A stretch of DNA of 64,000 nucleotides from positions 124,001-188,000 of the IMG/VR virus record IMGVR_UViG_3300025098_000012; one strand, 5' to 3'. Under the pieces are notes generated by a model. It did not search any database, was not told where the DNA came from, and saw only the letters and a list, made by a program, of their open reading frames with translations. The translations under genes and the position numbers were made by a program. Positions within the stretch are counted from its first letter, which is position 1. Each line of letters begins with the position of its first letter. This document shows, piece after piece, positions 28,582 through 39,328 of the stretch.

Positions 28582-29131
28582 CATCTAGCCTCTGACCCTC
28601 ATCCATGTCGTACCAATCGAGATTGATGTATTTAGTCTCTTTAGGGAGTCTGTCTGGTATCTGCATGACTTGAGCCTGTAGCTTGTGCAGGTAAGACTCC
28701 TCGATACCCGACTCGAACTCTCGACCCCTCTTAGAAATCCTTTGCATTGCTTGATCTACACTTACATGGAGATGAATACACACATCAACATGAGGGATAT
28801 AAGGTTTAAGCATCTCGAAGTGCTTCGTATACGAGCTGTGTTCGTCCTCTGTTAGCACACCGTCATCTCTTAAGATGTTAGCGAAGCATATATCTCCAAA
28901 AATCGAGCGATCAAGAAGGGTGTTTTCGGGGAGGTGCTTTGAGAACCTGTCGTAGAGGAAGTGCATCTGAAGCGTATAAGCCCACCTGCTAGGGTCATCG
29001 GAATAAAACTTTTCAAGGAATGGGTTATCATCAACCGACTCATACATGGGAGTGAGGTTGAAATACTTGCTGGCTTCTTCTGTGAATGTGGACTTACCGA
29101 CACCGATAAGACCCTCTACGATAATTCTCAT
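28562..29131 (-). CDS. Deoxynucleoside kinase
   Basis: VEGLIGVGKST, YESVD, DRSIFGD, RISKRGREFE. Confidence 0.9.
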   Translation of the reverse strand: MRIIVEGLIGVGKSTFTEEASKYFNLTPMYESVDDNPFLEKFYSDDPSRWAYTLQMHFLYDRFSKHLPENTLLDRSIFGDICFANILRDDGVLTEDEHSSYTKHFEMLKPYIPHVDVCIHLHVSVDQAMQRISKRGREFESGIEESYLHKLQAQVMQIPDRLPKETKYINLDWYDMDEGQRLDVIRQIL

Positions 29132-29212
29132 GTGGGAGACCTCCTTTTAATAACTTATTTATACCTCTCTACAGACATGAACCATTCAACAATCTCATTT
29201 AAGGAGAACTCC

Positions 29213-29710
29213 ATGAGAAGATCAGCCTCAGAAATCATTCGTAATCTTGAGCAAAGAATTGCTCGCCTTGAAAGACAGCCGTCAAATCGTACAGCAAGCC
29301 CGAAGATCAGGGTGTCAATCTCTACAGGATATAAAACAAGAAAGATGGTGGAGATGATGACAGTCCAAGGGATACTTTCAGAGGTCAAAAGCGAAGTAGC
29401 AGATAGATCCGTTGTAAAAATCATTCCAGATGGAAAGAGATCACAGATCAAATTCATCTTGACTAATTTCGAGGAAGGTTCATCTATACGAACAGTGGTT
29501 GATGTGAGTCTCTTTTCCTTTGCATCGGCAGTAGAAAACAGCCACTCTTCTGAAATGGATTCTCTATATATGAATGCAGGTATTGTTGACTTGGAAGATC
29601 GCTTTGATAAAGATAAAGATGTCGCATACGCTATCAAAGATTACCTACAAACAAGTCGTGGTTCTTTTGGTGGTGGTCTAGGTAGTGATTGGTTGATAGA
29701 GGTTCTTTAA
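29213..29710 (+). CDS. Leader-family protein 4 (paralog of 40598-41077)
   Basis: True start MRRSAS after AAGGAG; the ORF-track extension is antisense overlap. Confidence 0.85.
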   Translation: MRRSASEIIRNLEQRIARLERQPSNRTASPKIRVSISTGYKTRKMVEMMTVQGILSEVKSEVADRSVVKIIPDGKRSQIKFILTNFEEGSSIRTVVDVSLFSFASAVENSHSSEMDSLYMNAGIVDLEDRFDKDKDVAYAIKDYLQTSRGSFGGGLGSDWLIEVL

Positions 29711-29762
29711 TCTTATCTCTTCTAAGGGAAATAAGTTCTCCTTAATTGTAGTACAACTTAGG

Positions 29763-29960
29763 GAGAGGAGAGAAGATGTCCTTAGACACCAAATATAGAC
29801 CTACCTTGCGTATGCTTCTCTTGCGGGTCATGGAACAGGTCTTTGGGATCACGACCACTCCGAAGCAGAGACACTAGAAAATCTAGTTAAGCGTGATCGT
29901 AAGTGTGGCGATTTAGCAGAGAAGATTGACAACCTACCTTACGATCTTGGTCTAGCTTAA
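29763..29960 (+). pseudogene. Recombination scar: duplicated dnaX 5' end fused to a 3' gene fragment
   Basis: 38/39 bp identical to the reverse complement of 40497-40535 (RBS + MSLDTKYRP); then a startless frame YLAYASLAGHGTGLWD...DLGLA*. Confidence 0.8.
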
Positions 29961-30026
29961 TTTGTAGTTTATTTATACCCTATCAATAAATGATCTCTTT
30001 AACCTCAAACCAAGGGAGAAAAAACC

Positions 30027-30452
30027 ATGAGAAGATCAGCCTCACAAATCATCAGAAACCTTGAAAATCGTATCGCAAGACTTGAGAAAGAAGCAAATCG
30101 AAAATCTGCCTCAGTTACTCTTAGACTTGACTCTAAAACTTTGCATCTCGTTGAGGATGCGATTGCAAAAAAGTTTGAATATGAAGAACAGTTCAACAAC
30201 ATCGAAGTTAGTGATGTCAACTGTGAGTCCACTGTGGAAATAACCTCCAATAGAGGTACGAGTTTAATCGAGGTGGATTGCGAGCTTCACTATACTGATG
30301 AAGATGGTGATGAAGATAGAGATGACCAGTCTTGGACTATCGAGATTGACAGCGACATCGCAAATGAGGTCGGACCTCTAACCAATCCAAACTTTATTTT
30401 TAAATTAATCAGAGAAGCTGTGAAAGATATAGATAATCTTAGCCAATCTTGA
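30027..30452 (+). CDS. Leader-family protein 5 (acidic cargo)
   Basis: MRRSASQIIRNLENRIARLEKEANRKSAS; full conserved UTR. Confidence 0.85.
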   Translation: MRRSASQIIRNLENRIARLEKEANRKSASVTLRLDSKTLHLVEDAIAKKFEYEEQFNNIEVSDVNCESTVEITSNRGTSLIEVDCELHYTDEDGDEDRDDQSWTIEIDSDIANEVGPLTNPNFIFKLIREAVKDIDNLSQS

Positions 30453-30462
30453 ATAATGTCGC

Positions 30463-30798
30463 CTAAAGACCATACCAGTTCTCATAAGCTCTGCGTATGG
30501 TCTTTAATACATCGTTCCCAAAGACATGGTACTCGACATCACCCTCATAAGTTAGCGTCCATTTAGAGTGTCTATACGCTATGAGATGATGCCACTTTTG
30601 TCTAGGGTCTAAGGTGATCAAGAGGGTTAGGTCTGTGTCTTGATTATGAATAAACACAATACCGTCATGATTTCTATCGTATGAAAAGCCACACTCAGAT
30701 AAGACTGTGAAGATGTATTTAGGGTAGGTAATACCCTTGAAGTTTGCTTCTACACAAACCCGAATACCATCTTGTTTTATTGTGTACGGCTTGTTCAT
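30463..30798 (-). CDS. Hypothetical protein
   Basis: 111 aa; RBS within 12-bp inverted repeat 30797-30833. Confidence 0.55.
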   Translation of the reverse strand: MNKPYTIKQDGIRVCVEANFKGITYPKYIFTVLSECGFSYDRNHDGIVFIHNQDTDLTLLITLDPRQKWHHLIAYRHSKWTLTYEGDVEYHVFGNDVLKTIRRAYENWYGL

Positions 30799-30840
30799 TG
30801 TCTATACCCTCTAATACATAAGGTATAGACAATAAAAAGA

Positions 30841-31032
30841 TTACACTATATCACTGACATCCAATGGGAAATCTTCGTCCTCAACACTTAGAGTAGAGAT
30901 GAACTCAAAGATCTCTTTTGCTGTGGTCAAGATTTCTGTAATCGTAGGATATGCTTGCTCTGGGTTCGAGGCATATTTGCGAGAGTGATACTCTTCAGCC
31001 ATTTTCAGAGCTTGATAGACGGACTCATTCAT
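30841..31032 (-). CDS. Small hypothetical protein
   Basis: 63 aa; AAGGAG RBS within 15-bp inverted repeat 31036-31087. Confidence 0.6.
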   Translation of the reverse strand: MNESVYQALKMAEEYHSRKYASNPEQAYPTITEILTTAKEIFEFISTLSVEDEDFPLDVSDIV

Positions 31033-31093
31033 AGGTAATCTCCTTGAGGTAATAGTAGTGATTACTTATACCACCTCAAGGAGATTATCAATC

Positions 31094-31357
31094 TTATGGG
31101 GTGAAAACACCAGAGGCGATCTCTCTAAAGCTAACGCAAGCATTGTCCATCATGTCGGGAACACGCATATCGAGATCTAAGAACCTTTTAGCGAGTGCTT
31201 GGTACATGATCATGATGTCCTCATCATCATACCCCTCATCTGATCTCTCTTCCTCGAAAGAGACAGAGCCGATGACTTTAGCGTGGCTAATCATCTCCAT
31301 CATAGGGATTTGATTGATGTAATCAATCCATTCTTCGATAGTAGCTAAATCTTCCAT
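31094..31357 (-). CDS. Small acidic hypothetical protein
   Basis: Start MEDL just after the helicase stop, AAGGA RBS. Confidence 0.6.
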   Translation of the reverse strand: MEDLATIEEWIDYINQIPMMEMISHAKVIGSVSFEEERSDEGYDDEDIMIMYQALAKRFLDLDMRVPDMMDNACVSFREIASGVFTP

Positions 31358-31358
31358 C

Positions 31359-34300
31359 TTATTTATCCTTTCTTGCTTTTTGAGCTTCAATGAGATCGGG
31401 ATCTTCTTCGCCTTCGATTAACTCGGCAACAATCTGACCTTGATAGTTTTCAAGTCTTAACTGCTCCCAAATCGCTTGTAAACAAGGATCTTGCGAGTCC
31501 TCCCAAAGTCTCATGTCAGAGGCATTAAACTCAGAGCCAAGTTTAACTCTCTGTTGCACATTCTCTACACTGTATTCTTTATTAGAACTTTGCTCTTGAC
31601 CAACAGCCCTACTCTGTAGAGATCTTCGACCTGGTGCAGGAGTTCTGTGGTTAGTTTGAGGGTCAATCAAGTCATACTTCTTCATATGTGCCTTGAAAAC
31701 CTTTTCAGAACCACAAAGTCTCTCAATCTTCTCACGAAGACCCTTATGTGCATACCATGCAGTACGATACGCTTCTGGATACTGACTGACGACCTCTGTC
31801 CACTTGAGATTTTGACCCTTGACAGAAATCTGATCTACTTCTTGTTCCCAACACCAAGGATCTTCTATATTAAGGAGATCCAACGGAGTATTAAGGAAAT
31901 CATTTACATCAAGGTTCGCTTCAAGAGCCTTTTTCTTGAGATATGCGTTAGCAATCTTCATCGAAGGTGTTCCATCTTCAAGGTATAGGGTCATACTACC
32001 CCCACCACCATACAAGCCCCATAGTTTCTCACCGACAGCGACACCGTAATCAGTTGACTTCTTCGCTTTGGGTTTTGGAGGTTTAGGGTTGTCAGTATCA
32101 TATTCAGATGATCTTAGATCCCAACCGTTCATCTCTTCAAGCAATGCTGTCGTATCTACAGCAGTACGAGGTGTGATAAGGCTGATGAAATCATTGCTAC
32201 CGCTGATTGTATGTGTAGTTCCATCATCAAGTCTAATACCAATGTTTCCATTGACATCAACTCTGTAAACTTCACCTTCCACACCAAACATTTGAGGAGC
32301 GATCCTCTGCAACCTCTCGCCATCAGCTTTGACTCGATCACCAACTTGCCATCTACCTTGTGGTGGGAGTACAGGTCGCTCACCAAGAGCATTCTTCTTA
32401 GCTTCTTCCCATGCTTGCATAGCATTTTTATAAGCATCAGCATCTGACTTTTTAACCTTCATGGTTACAATGTCAGCAGTGATTACCAAGAGCTTTAAGA
32501 GGTCAACACGACCAGGATCACCCATGATCTTTTTAACAGCTTGAACATAAACTTGATTAGGGCTGTTATTTGGAACACGACCCAAGAGGTTAGAGAGACC
32601 TATATTCATAGTAAAACCGAACTTAGGCCAAACTGCATAACCACTATATGTTCCGTCTCCTGGACTACCTGCGGCAAGACAGTCGATTTTCTTTATGCCC
32701 ATGCGTTTTGCTGTGACGATTTCTGCAAATAAGAACCTTGGAGAGAACCCTCTTGGAGCACATGGTTTAGCCTTAACATAGTCATTACTGATGCGATCTG
32801 ATTGTATTTTAACACGAGCACGCTCTATGTACCTATTTCCTTCGAGTCTGATAGCACCGCTAGAAATATCACCTCTTGTGTCACCCATAAAGAAGTTAGC
32901 AAGCTGAGGTCCACCCATAAGGTCAATGATCTGCTTTTGCTTCTTAGTGAGACTAGAGCCATCTCTATTGAACCTACCTGCCAACCATAGATCAGCATCA
33001 TCATAACGACCTGGATCGTAAGTGATGTGGCTTAGTGGGTTTGCATCGTACTCCTCAAGCTCTTTTTCAGCTCTAATGCAGTTCTCTTCTGTCGGATCAA
33101 GGACAGCCCTCATCATAGCAGGTGTTTTAATCGCAACACCTGTGTCAGAGACACGAGCATCAAGTCGCTTAGTAAGGTCAGACTTCAATCCATTAACGAT
33201 GATGTCTTGGAAGAAATCTTGATCTGCCTCATTAACCAAAGACTTGATTTGGTCAATTGAGAGCATATCAAAGTCATCTTTGACAGTCGCTCGCTCTTTG
33301 ATGTCCATGCCTTCTTCAAGAACGATCCTCTTAATAGGCTCTTCAGCACTTGGGAGGTCTACAGGAGTAACATAGCCCATAGTGTTAAAGATCTCGTTGA
33401 CTTTGGCTTCAACAACCTCAGAACCATCCCCTTCAAGAGTGAATGTGAAAGTGTCTGAAAGAACCCAATCATCTTCATCCCAAATGAATGTTTGGTAAGT
33501 CTTGCCCGACTGAAGCTCTCTTCTCTCAAGAGAACGAGCATTTTTAAGGTCAACTTTAAGACCACGAGCGTTATCGCTAACAGTACCCTCTGAATCAGAG
33601 TCTGGAGCAAAGGTAGCATCAATGTAGATTTCTTCTACCTGTTGAGCTTGACCACCACGATAAGCACGAGCGGTTCTCTGCTTCAAGAGTTCAGAGTCAA
33701 ACCCTTTACCACGATCAAGGTGGATGACTTTAGTGAAGGTTTGGAAGTTGAAACCACGAGCATAGTTATCCGAACAAACAGCAGTCGCTAAAGTGCTATT
33801 CTCTTTGACATACTTTTTCGAGATGTCCATAGCCCATGTGGACTCGGTTTCAGTATCTTCTTCTTCCTCTGAAGCCATCTTGGTGTAGATGCCTGTGTCG
33901 AGATACTTTTCATCGAAAGCATCAACGCTCATGTTGTCTTTCTCTTCGACCTTAGCGACAATCTCACCGTTCTGATAGAAGATGATTTCTTTAGCCCAAA
34001 GGACAGCGTGAACCTTGTCCTTACGGATCTTACTGTTCTTCTTGATTACAGACTCAGCAAGTTTAAGGTTCGAGCAGAAGTATAGGCACTTCTCGGTTCT
34101 ATTGTCCTTAAAGACCTTAGACCCGACATCAGCCTTAAACATACCCTCAGAAGAAATCCTAATGAGCTTGTTTAGAGCTGTTCTTACTTTAGAGGTAGCT
34201 TTAGTGAGGTCTTGATATGCCTTACTCTTTGTTCGATCAAAGAACTCTCCATCAGTGTCTTTCATAGTGTGTAGTTTATGTCGGAGATCACGATACTTAG

Positions 34301-37300
34301 CCACCATTGCTTTAAGCTCACCCGAAATAGCTTTAGCTTCGTCTTTGTACTTTCGCTGTATAGCACGAGGCATACGAGTAGTAAGAGTACGAGACTTGAG
34401 TTTCAAGAGCTTCGGCAAGTGGACATCTTCGTAAGCAACACCGAAATCTGGATCAACAGAGATGTCCATCTTGGGTGCAAAGTAAGCATTTTCTTTGACC
34501 CAATTGTGGAACTGTCCTTGTAGCTCCTTATTTGGCTTCAGTGCAACCATACGACCTGCGAGAACAACACCGTATTTGTTTGCAAAGGCTTTTTCACTCT
34601 TTGCAGTAGGAACTTCACCTTTAGCTAGTGTAGCGAGCCTATAAAGGTCAACAGGATCACGATCAAGAGCAGAAGCAGTCAAGAAAACTTTGCGAGGGTG
34701 TCCAAGAGATGACACAGCATAGTTTTTGTCCTTACCTGTATTGCCCTTCTCAAAGATCTCATTGATCTCATCAAAGAAACAGGCATAGTATCTGTCTTGG
34801 TACTTCTTATTCAAAGCAGGAGAGGACTTAGCCTTAGCTTGCTTCTTGAGTTTGTTGTACTGCCTACGAGACTTAGCAAGCTCCTTCTTCTTCGCATCCT
34901 TTTCAGAAGGTGAGAGAGCAGGATAAGAAACAAGTTCTTGGACGATTTTCGTTTCAGTTCTTCGAGAGGCTGTACGAACGATTGTAGGGTCAATCAAGTT
35001 GCCGATTTGGAAATCAACTTCTTTTCTCGAAACCTCACGACCGTTCTTATACTTAACCTCATAGGTAATGGTCGCTTCTTTGCCATGATGTTTGTTTTCA
35101 CGAGCTAGACGGTTTGTCTCAGCAACAACCTCTTTACCGTTATCCATGTCTAAGATGAGGTCGTCAATGCCTTCGGAACTCCTAAAGTCTGCAACAAAAT
35201 CCTCATAAGACATCTCGTCAATGCGATCAAGAACGATCTGTTGCCAGTTTGGAGTTGTCTCAACTTCACCGTCAGCTCGAACAAAATCATCCCCACCTGT
35301 AACCATAAAGTTAAGGACTTCTTTCTTCAAGTTTCCGACAAGGCTCTTAGGTGAAACATAGAGGAATCTACGATTTGCCCCTTCGCCACCTTCTTCCATA
35401 CCCTCATTGATTGCTTTTTTAATCGCAACGAGAGAGGTAAGAGTCTTACCAACACCTGTATCAAGAGCAATAACGCCCTGCATACCCGATGCTTCGAGCC
35501 AAGCAGCCGCTTCCTTTTGTTTGTTATTGAACTTGAGAGGCTTATTGTTTGGTAGCTTTTTAACAAAACCACCAAGAGTTTCGGGAGTGAAACGCTCTGT
35601 ATTCTCAACAGTAGTAGCGTTCTCTTTCGCTCTAAGTTTAGCGTAATACTCGTCCATAAACTTAGAGGCAGACTCACTTAAAGCTACCGAACCAAGAGAG
35701 TCACGAATAGTCTCAAAGTCTTCAGCAGAGAAAGTGAAGAAGGGGTTCTTATTCATGTGTCCAGTAGGGAGAGTTGGATCTTTCACAACATTAATTGAAG
35801 AAATCTTGCTCGCAAGATCCTTCATAATGTTTCGGTCAGCCTTACTAGCATTTTCACCAGGTACACCGAGTGTAAGAACACCTGTCTTTGGGTTGACCGT
35901 AATGTAAGGCTCAATAAGTCTTTGCTTATAAGTCCAAGAGTCTCCATCTTTGATCTTATCTACAGTACGAGCATTTCCCTTGTTATCAAAAGCGATGCGA
36001 TCTGTTTCAACCTTGACCGAGCGACCACCTTCTTTTTTAACATAGCCACCCTCAATAAAGCGACCTTCCATGTTTAAGATGGTGTCGAGTTCATATCCAG
36101 CGTATCGACCCTCAACAACGATCTCCCTGTCCTTACCCTCCGAGTCTTTCAGAGTAACAAGACGGAAAGTTTTGCTCAGACCTTCTGACCCCTTAATCTC
36201 TCTGAATGAAGGGGTTAAAACTTTGTCTTTAAGACTTGGGTCAAGGTCGGGGTTTCTTCCAAGATTGATACGGTTCAAGGCTTCTTGTAAAAGATCCTTG
36301 TAGTGTACAGGATTGTAGGTGCTTCCCGATGGGTACTTGAAGCAAGCAATCTTAACCTTACGGTCTTTGTAAACAACCTTATTACCATCCCAATCGGGGT
36401 AATTTTCGACTGTGATTGTTTCGGTTGTGATCTTCGGCTGTGTAAGCCTTTCTTTCTTTTTGTCTTTACGATTCTTAATAACCTTTTTAGCGAGTGCTTC
36501 CATGTTATTAAAGCGTTTATATGTGTTGCCTAGCTCATCAGTAAAGTCACTGCTATAAACACCTTTAACAAGAGGCTTCATAGCGAGTCGGTAGTTGAAA
36601 ACTTCCGTACTATGAGCGGCTTTATTCTCACAGATCGCTCTGAACTCTAAGAGCTTGTCGAACAACCTAACAGCTCGGTTGTAAAACTTGAGGCGAGACT
36701 TAGGCACTTTATATCTAAAGTTAGGCATACCTGCTTGGTTGTAGCCTGCTTCTGGCTCACCATTAGGAAGTTTTCCATATCCCTCTTTAAACTGAGGGAT
36801 AGAGAACGCTCTAGCGTTCACTTTAGCTAAAGAAATCCGACTAATGATGAGATCATTCTTCTCTTTTTCACCAGGCTCGTAGGAAAGGAAAGGTTTACCA
36901 CTCTCATCCTTTTGAACTGAACACTTGGGAGCAACGAAAAATTCTTTTGGATCAGTATTAGATCCGTAGACAGTATCTTCAGCCACTAAGCTCTCTAAAG
37001 CAAGAATGATCTCTTTATCCTTCTTAGAGAAAACAGGTGTTTTAGGCTTGCTTCGAGGCTTAGGGATCTTGGTTGCTTGTTGATCGTAAGCAACGGTGAG
37101 ATACGCTACACCTTTGTCTCTGCCCTCTGTGATATATACAGGCTGAGTTTCTACATGATAACCTTGCTCAAGTAGAGAAGATTTGAGCTTCGCATCTCGA
37201 AGTTTCTTCAGTCTTTCAGCTTTTTTGATCTCACCTGCGACCATCTCACTTGAGTTGGCGATCAGTTCACTGATTTCATCTCCTACAGAGAACTGCACAT

Positions 37301-37904
37301 ACCGAATGTTAAACTTAGGGTTACTTTTAACTTCGGTGAGGACATTGATGCCGAGCATATTGAAGCATTGTTTAATGAAATCTGCGTAGAAGCCGACTGT
37401 TCTCTTATAATCTGAACTTCCTGCGGCTCCCTTGAGCATACCTACGATCTGATTGATGTCAGTCCCTGTAAGGGCCCCTGCCAATCCCATGTTGATGTTC
37501 TTGTCAATGACTTTGAGTCGAGCTTCAATTTTGGTTGCAAGCTCTCTTGTGCCTTTTGGGGCTTTCATTGCATACTTTTGAAGCAAGTATCTCCAACTTT
37601 TTGCAAAGTCTTGTCTGAGTGTAGACATGGGAAAAGGAGGTCTACCTGCTTTAAGCCCACCTTCATAAAGCATCTTAAAGTATTCATCAATAAGACAAAT
37701 GTTGTAGTAGATCTCAAATGTGTCAGTTACTTCTTTGCGTCTGACTTTGACGATCTGACCTTCGATGGGATTACCATCTTCATCTGTCTGCTCAACCTGC
37801 TCCCCTTTTGCGTTTAGGACAGGAACATAAGCAAAGTTCTTGACCACCATATCATAGAGCTGACCTCTATATGGCTTGACTATGCGATTTCTTCTTACAG
37901 CCAT
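31359..37904 (-). CDS. 2,181-aa SNF2/SF2 helicase-like protein with C-terminal GNAT-like and SH3-like segments
   Basis: ALDTGVGKT (Walker A), FFDEIN (variant Walker B), LTAS, RGFNF, QRTARAYRGGQ; GYAVWPKFGF GNAT-like; class A motif upstream of MAVRR. Confidence 0.8.
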   Translation of the reverse strand: MAVRRNRIVKPYRGQLYDMVVKNFAYVPVLNAKGEQVEQTDEDGNPIEGQIVKVRRKEVTDTFEIYYNICLIDEYFKMLYEGGLKAGRPPFPMSTLRQDFAKSWRYLLQKYAMKAPKGTRELATKIEARLKVIDKNINMGLAGALTGTDINQIVGMLKGAAGSSDYKRTVGFYADFIKQCFNMLGINVLTEVKSNPKFNIRYVQFSVGDEISELIANSSEMVAGEIKKAERLKKLRDAKLKSSLLEQGYHVETQPVYITEGRDKGVAYLTVAYDQQATKIPKPRSKPKTPVFSKKDKEIILALESLVAEDTVYGSNTDPKEFFVAPKCSVQKDESGKPFLSYEPGEKEKNDLIISRISLAKVNARAFSIPQFKEGYGKLPNGEPEAGYNQAGMPNFRYKVPKSRLKFYNRAVRLFDKLLEFRAICENKAAHSTEVFNYRLAMKPLVKGVYSSDFTDELGNTYKRFNNMEALAKKVIKNRKDKKKERLTQPKITTETITVENYPDWDGNKVVYKDRKVKIACFKYPSGSTYNPVHYKDLLQEALNRINLGRNPDLDPSLKDKVLTPSFREIKGSEGLSKTFRLVTLKDSEGKDREIVVEGRYAGYELDTILNMEGRFIEGGYVKKEGGRSVKVETDRIAFDNKGNARTVDKIKDGDSWTYKQRLIEPYITVNPKTGVLTLGVPGENASKADRNIMKDLASKISSINVVKDPTLPTGHMNKNPFFTFSAEDFETIRDSLGSVALSESASKFMDEYYAKLRAKENATTVENTERFTPETLGGFVKKLPNNKPLKFNNKQKEAAAWLEASGMQGVIALDTGVGKTLTSLVAIKKAINEGMEEGGEGANRRFLYVSPKSLVGNLKKEVLNFMVTGGDDFVRADGEVETTPNWQQIVLDRIDEMSYEDFVADFRSSEGIDDLILDMDNGKEVVAETNRLARENKHHGKEATITYEVKYKNGREVSRKEVDFQIGNLIDPTIVRTASRRTETKIVQELVSYPALSPSEKDAKKKELAKSRRQYNKLKKQAKAKSSPALNKKYQDRYYACFFDEINEIFEKGNTGKDKNYAVSSLGHPRKVFLTASALDRDPVDLYRLATLAKGEVPTAKSEKAFANKYGVVLAGRMVALKPNKELQGQFHNWVKENAYFAPKMDISVDPDFGVAYEDVHLPKLLKLKSRTLTTRMPRAIQRKYKDEAKAISGELKAMVAKYRDLRHKLHTMKDTDGEFFDRTKSKAYQDLTKATSKVRTALNKLIRISSEGMFKADVGSKVFKDNRTEKCLYFCSNLKLAESVIKKNSKIRKDKVHAVLWAKEIIFYQNGEIVAKVEEKDNMSVDAFDEKYLDTGIYTKMASEEEEDTETESTWAMDISKKYVKENSTLATAVCSDNYARGFNFQTFTKVIHLDRGKGFDSELLKQRTARAYRGGQAQQVEEIYIDATFAPDSDSEGTVSDNARGLKVDLKNARSLERRELQSGKTYQTFIWDEDDWVLSDTFTFTLEGDGSEVVEAKVNEIFNTMGYVTPVDLPSAEEPIKRIVLEEGMDIKERATVKDDFDMLSIDQIKSLVNEADQDFFQDIIVNGLKSDLTKRLDARVSDTGVAIKTPAMMRAVLDPTEENCIRAEKELEEYDANPLSHITYDPGRYDDADLWLAGRFNRDGSSLTKKQKQIIDLMGGPQLANFFMGDTRGDISSGAIRLEGNRYIERARVKIQSDRISNDYVKAKPCAPRGFSPRFLFAEIVTAKRMGIKKIDCLAAGSPGDGTYSGYAVWPKFGFTMNIGLSNLLGRVPNNSPNQVYVQAVKKIMGDPGRVDLLKLLVITADIVTMKVKKSDADAYKNAMQAWEEAKKNALGERPVLPPQGRWQVGDRVKADGERLQRIAPQMFGVEGEVYRVDVNGNIGIRLDDGTTHTISGSNDFISLITPRTAVDTTALLEEMNGWDLRSSEYDTDNPKPPKPKAKKSTDYGVAVGEKLWGLYGGGGSMTLYLEDGTPSMKIANAYLKKKALEANLDVNDFLNTPLDLLNIEDPWCWEQEVDQISVKGQNLKWTEVVSQYPEAYRTAWYAHKGLREKIERLCGSEKVFKAHMKKYDLIDPQTNHRTPAPGRRSLQSRAVGQEQSSNKEYSVENVQQRVKLGSEFNASDMRLWEDSQDPCLQAIWEQLRLENYQGQIVAELIEGEEDPDLIEAQKARKDK

Positions 37905-37963
37905 TGTGTTCTCCTTTGGGTTTAAAATCCACACTGATAGAGGTTTGATAAAAGAACTACAAA

Positions 37964-38215
37964 TCAATCTTCTATGATGTAGCCTTGCTTCCTTAGCTTG
38001 ATAGTTAAGTGTGCGAGTTTGATAGGGTCGTTGGAACTGACCACAATTTTATGATCTTCAATGATGCTTACATCCCAATCTTCTTTTTGAAGGTTGCGTA
38101 TAAACTTTTCCCCGAAAGGATACTCTTGAGGGTGGATCGTAATGTCATATTTCTGAGTCATCACCTCAGCGACCCATCTCTTCACGATGTCTTTAGGTAA
38201 GATTTTATCCGTCAT
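37964..38215 (-). CDS. Small hypothetical protein
   Basis: 83 aa, ATGA-coupled to the upstream gene. Confidence 0.55.
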   Translation of the reverse strand: MTDKILPKDIVKRWVAEVMTQKYDITIHPQEYPFGEKFIRNLQKEDWDVSIIEDHKIVVSSNDPIKLAHLTIKLRKQGYIIED

Positions 38216-38778
38216 AAAATTACCTTTTTCCGATCCACCTCTTCTGGTAGAACTCTAAGGAGAGTGATGTTTTCACTTATAACTTTAAATGTATTGTACA
38301 CATCGCTTAATTTTGGAGATTGTTCCATAGCCTTTAAACACTTCAAGTATCTGTATCTGATCTTTCCTTGTGTATCACCTAAAAGACGAGCCACATAGCT
38401 TTGGCTAGAGTAGGTATATAAAAGAACTAATACTTCGATGTCTTTGCTGTCGATAAAAAAACTAGAAAGTAAATCTCTTAGTTCAGCCTCCTCATAAATT
38501 GTTATTTGTGCGTATATCTTCAACCTCTCTAATCCTCTATTAACCCTATAATGGACATTTGGTTGAGTATACCCAAAGATTTTTCCGAGATATGCTTGGC
38601 TGAGTCCATGCAATAGGTGTAGCTCAACCATATCAGCTTCAACAGGTGAAACTTTGCTCATGTGTTCTAGGATTGAATGTATCTTTTCAATCTGATCATC
38701 TGGAACATAATTTGGAGTTGGGCAAGTATGGAGTCCCTGCGAGTCCGAAAATATCTGTTCCATTAACTTCTGATCCAT
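38212..38778 (-). CDS. Sigma region-4-like double-HTH protein
   Basis: GLSQAYLGKIFGYTQPNVHYRVNRG and SQSYVARLLGDTQGKIRYRYLK. Confidence 0.65.
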   Translation of the reverse strand: MDQKLMEQIFSDSQGLHTCPTPNYVPDDQIEKIHSILEHMSKVSPVEADMVELHLLHGLSQAYLGKIFGYTQPNVHYRVNRGLERLKIYAQITIYEEAELRDLLSSFFIDSKDIEVLVLLYTYSSQSYVARLLGDTQGKIRYRYLKCLKAMEQSPKLSDVYNTFKVISENITLLRVLPEEVDRKKVIL

Positions 38779-38782
38779 TTTT

Positions 38783-39301
38783 TTAAGCCCCTTCTACGGA
38801 TAAACAATCTATAGTGTGTATGATTTCTACACTCCTAAAAGACAGGTGGATAGCGTACATTCGTACATCGCCATCTCTCCAAGTCATCACTACCTCTCCC
38901 TCAAAGCTCTTAAAAGGACCAGATTTTAATCGAACATAGTCTCCTTGTTTGAAAGAACCCCCTAGATTATCCACTTGCTTGACCATTCTCTTCAAATCAG
39001 AGTCGGGGATCACTCCCATACTCATAAGGCCAGTGCGAGAATCTAGTTGAGAGATGATGTCTCTTACTAACCCACATTGCTTTAAACTATAATACTCAAC
39101 AGCACCATACCCACTCTTGATGAAGATATACCCTTCCATTAACCAAATAGGTTCATGGTATCTCTGAACCATCAAAGGTATGTATACATCATCAACATTA
39201 AAAGCAGTGTTGGAAACAATTCTATCTTTGAGCGACCCTTTTAGGGCTTCTTCTTCGCCTTTAGTTGAAAGCTCAAGGACAACCCACGAAGTTTCTCTCA
39301 T
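38783..39301 (-). CDS. nusG: NusG-family transcription factor (NGN + KOW)
   Basis: WVVLEL...VYIP...EGYIFI; GDYVRLKSGPFKSFEGEV KOW motif. Confidence 0.85.
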   Translation of the reverse strand: MRETSWVVLELSTKGEEEALKGSLKDRIVSNTAFNVDDVYIPLMVQRYHEPIWLMEGYIFIKSGYGAVEYYSLKQCGLVRDIISQLDSRTGLMSMGVIPDSDLKRMVKQVDNLGGSFKQGDYVRLKSGPFKSFEGEVVMTWRDGDVRMYAIHLSFRSVEIIHTIDCLSVEGA

Positions 39302-39328
39302 AGATAACTCACAGTAAAAAGAATGGTG

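Noticed and set aside
28961-29212. N-terminal extension of the 249-aa ORF in the track
   Set aside because: It is antisense to the kinase. The promoter motif and AAGGAG point to 29213. Similar false extensions were trimmed at 9528, 11101, 16684, 37967, 41113, 43837, 54025 and 61707.
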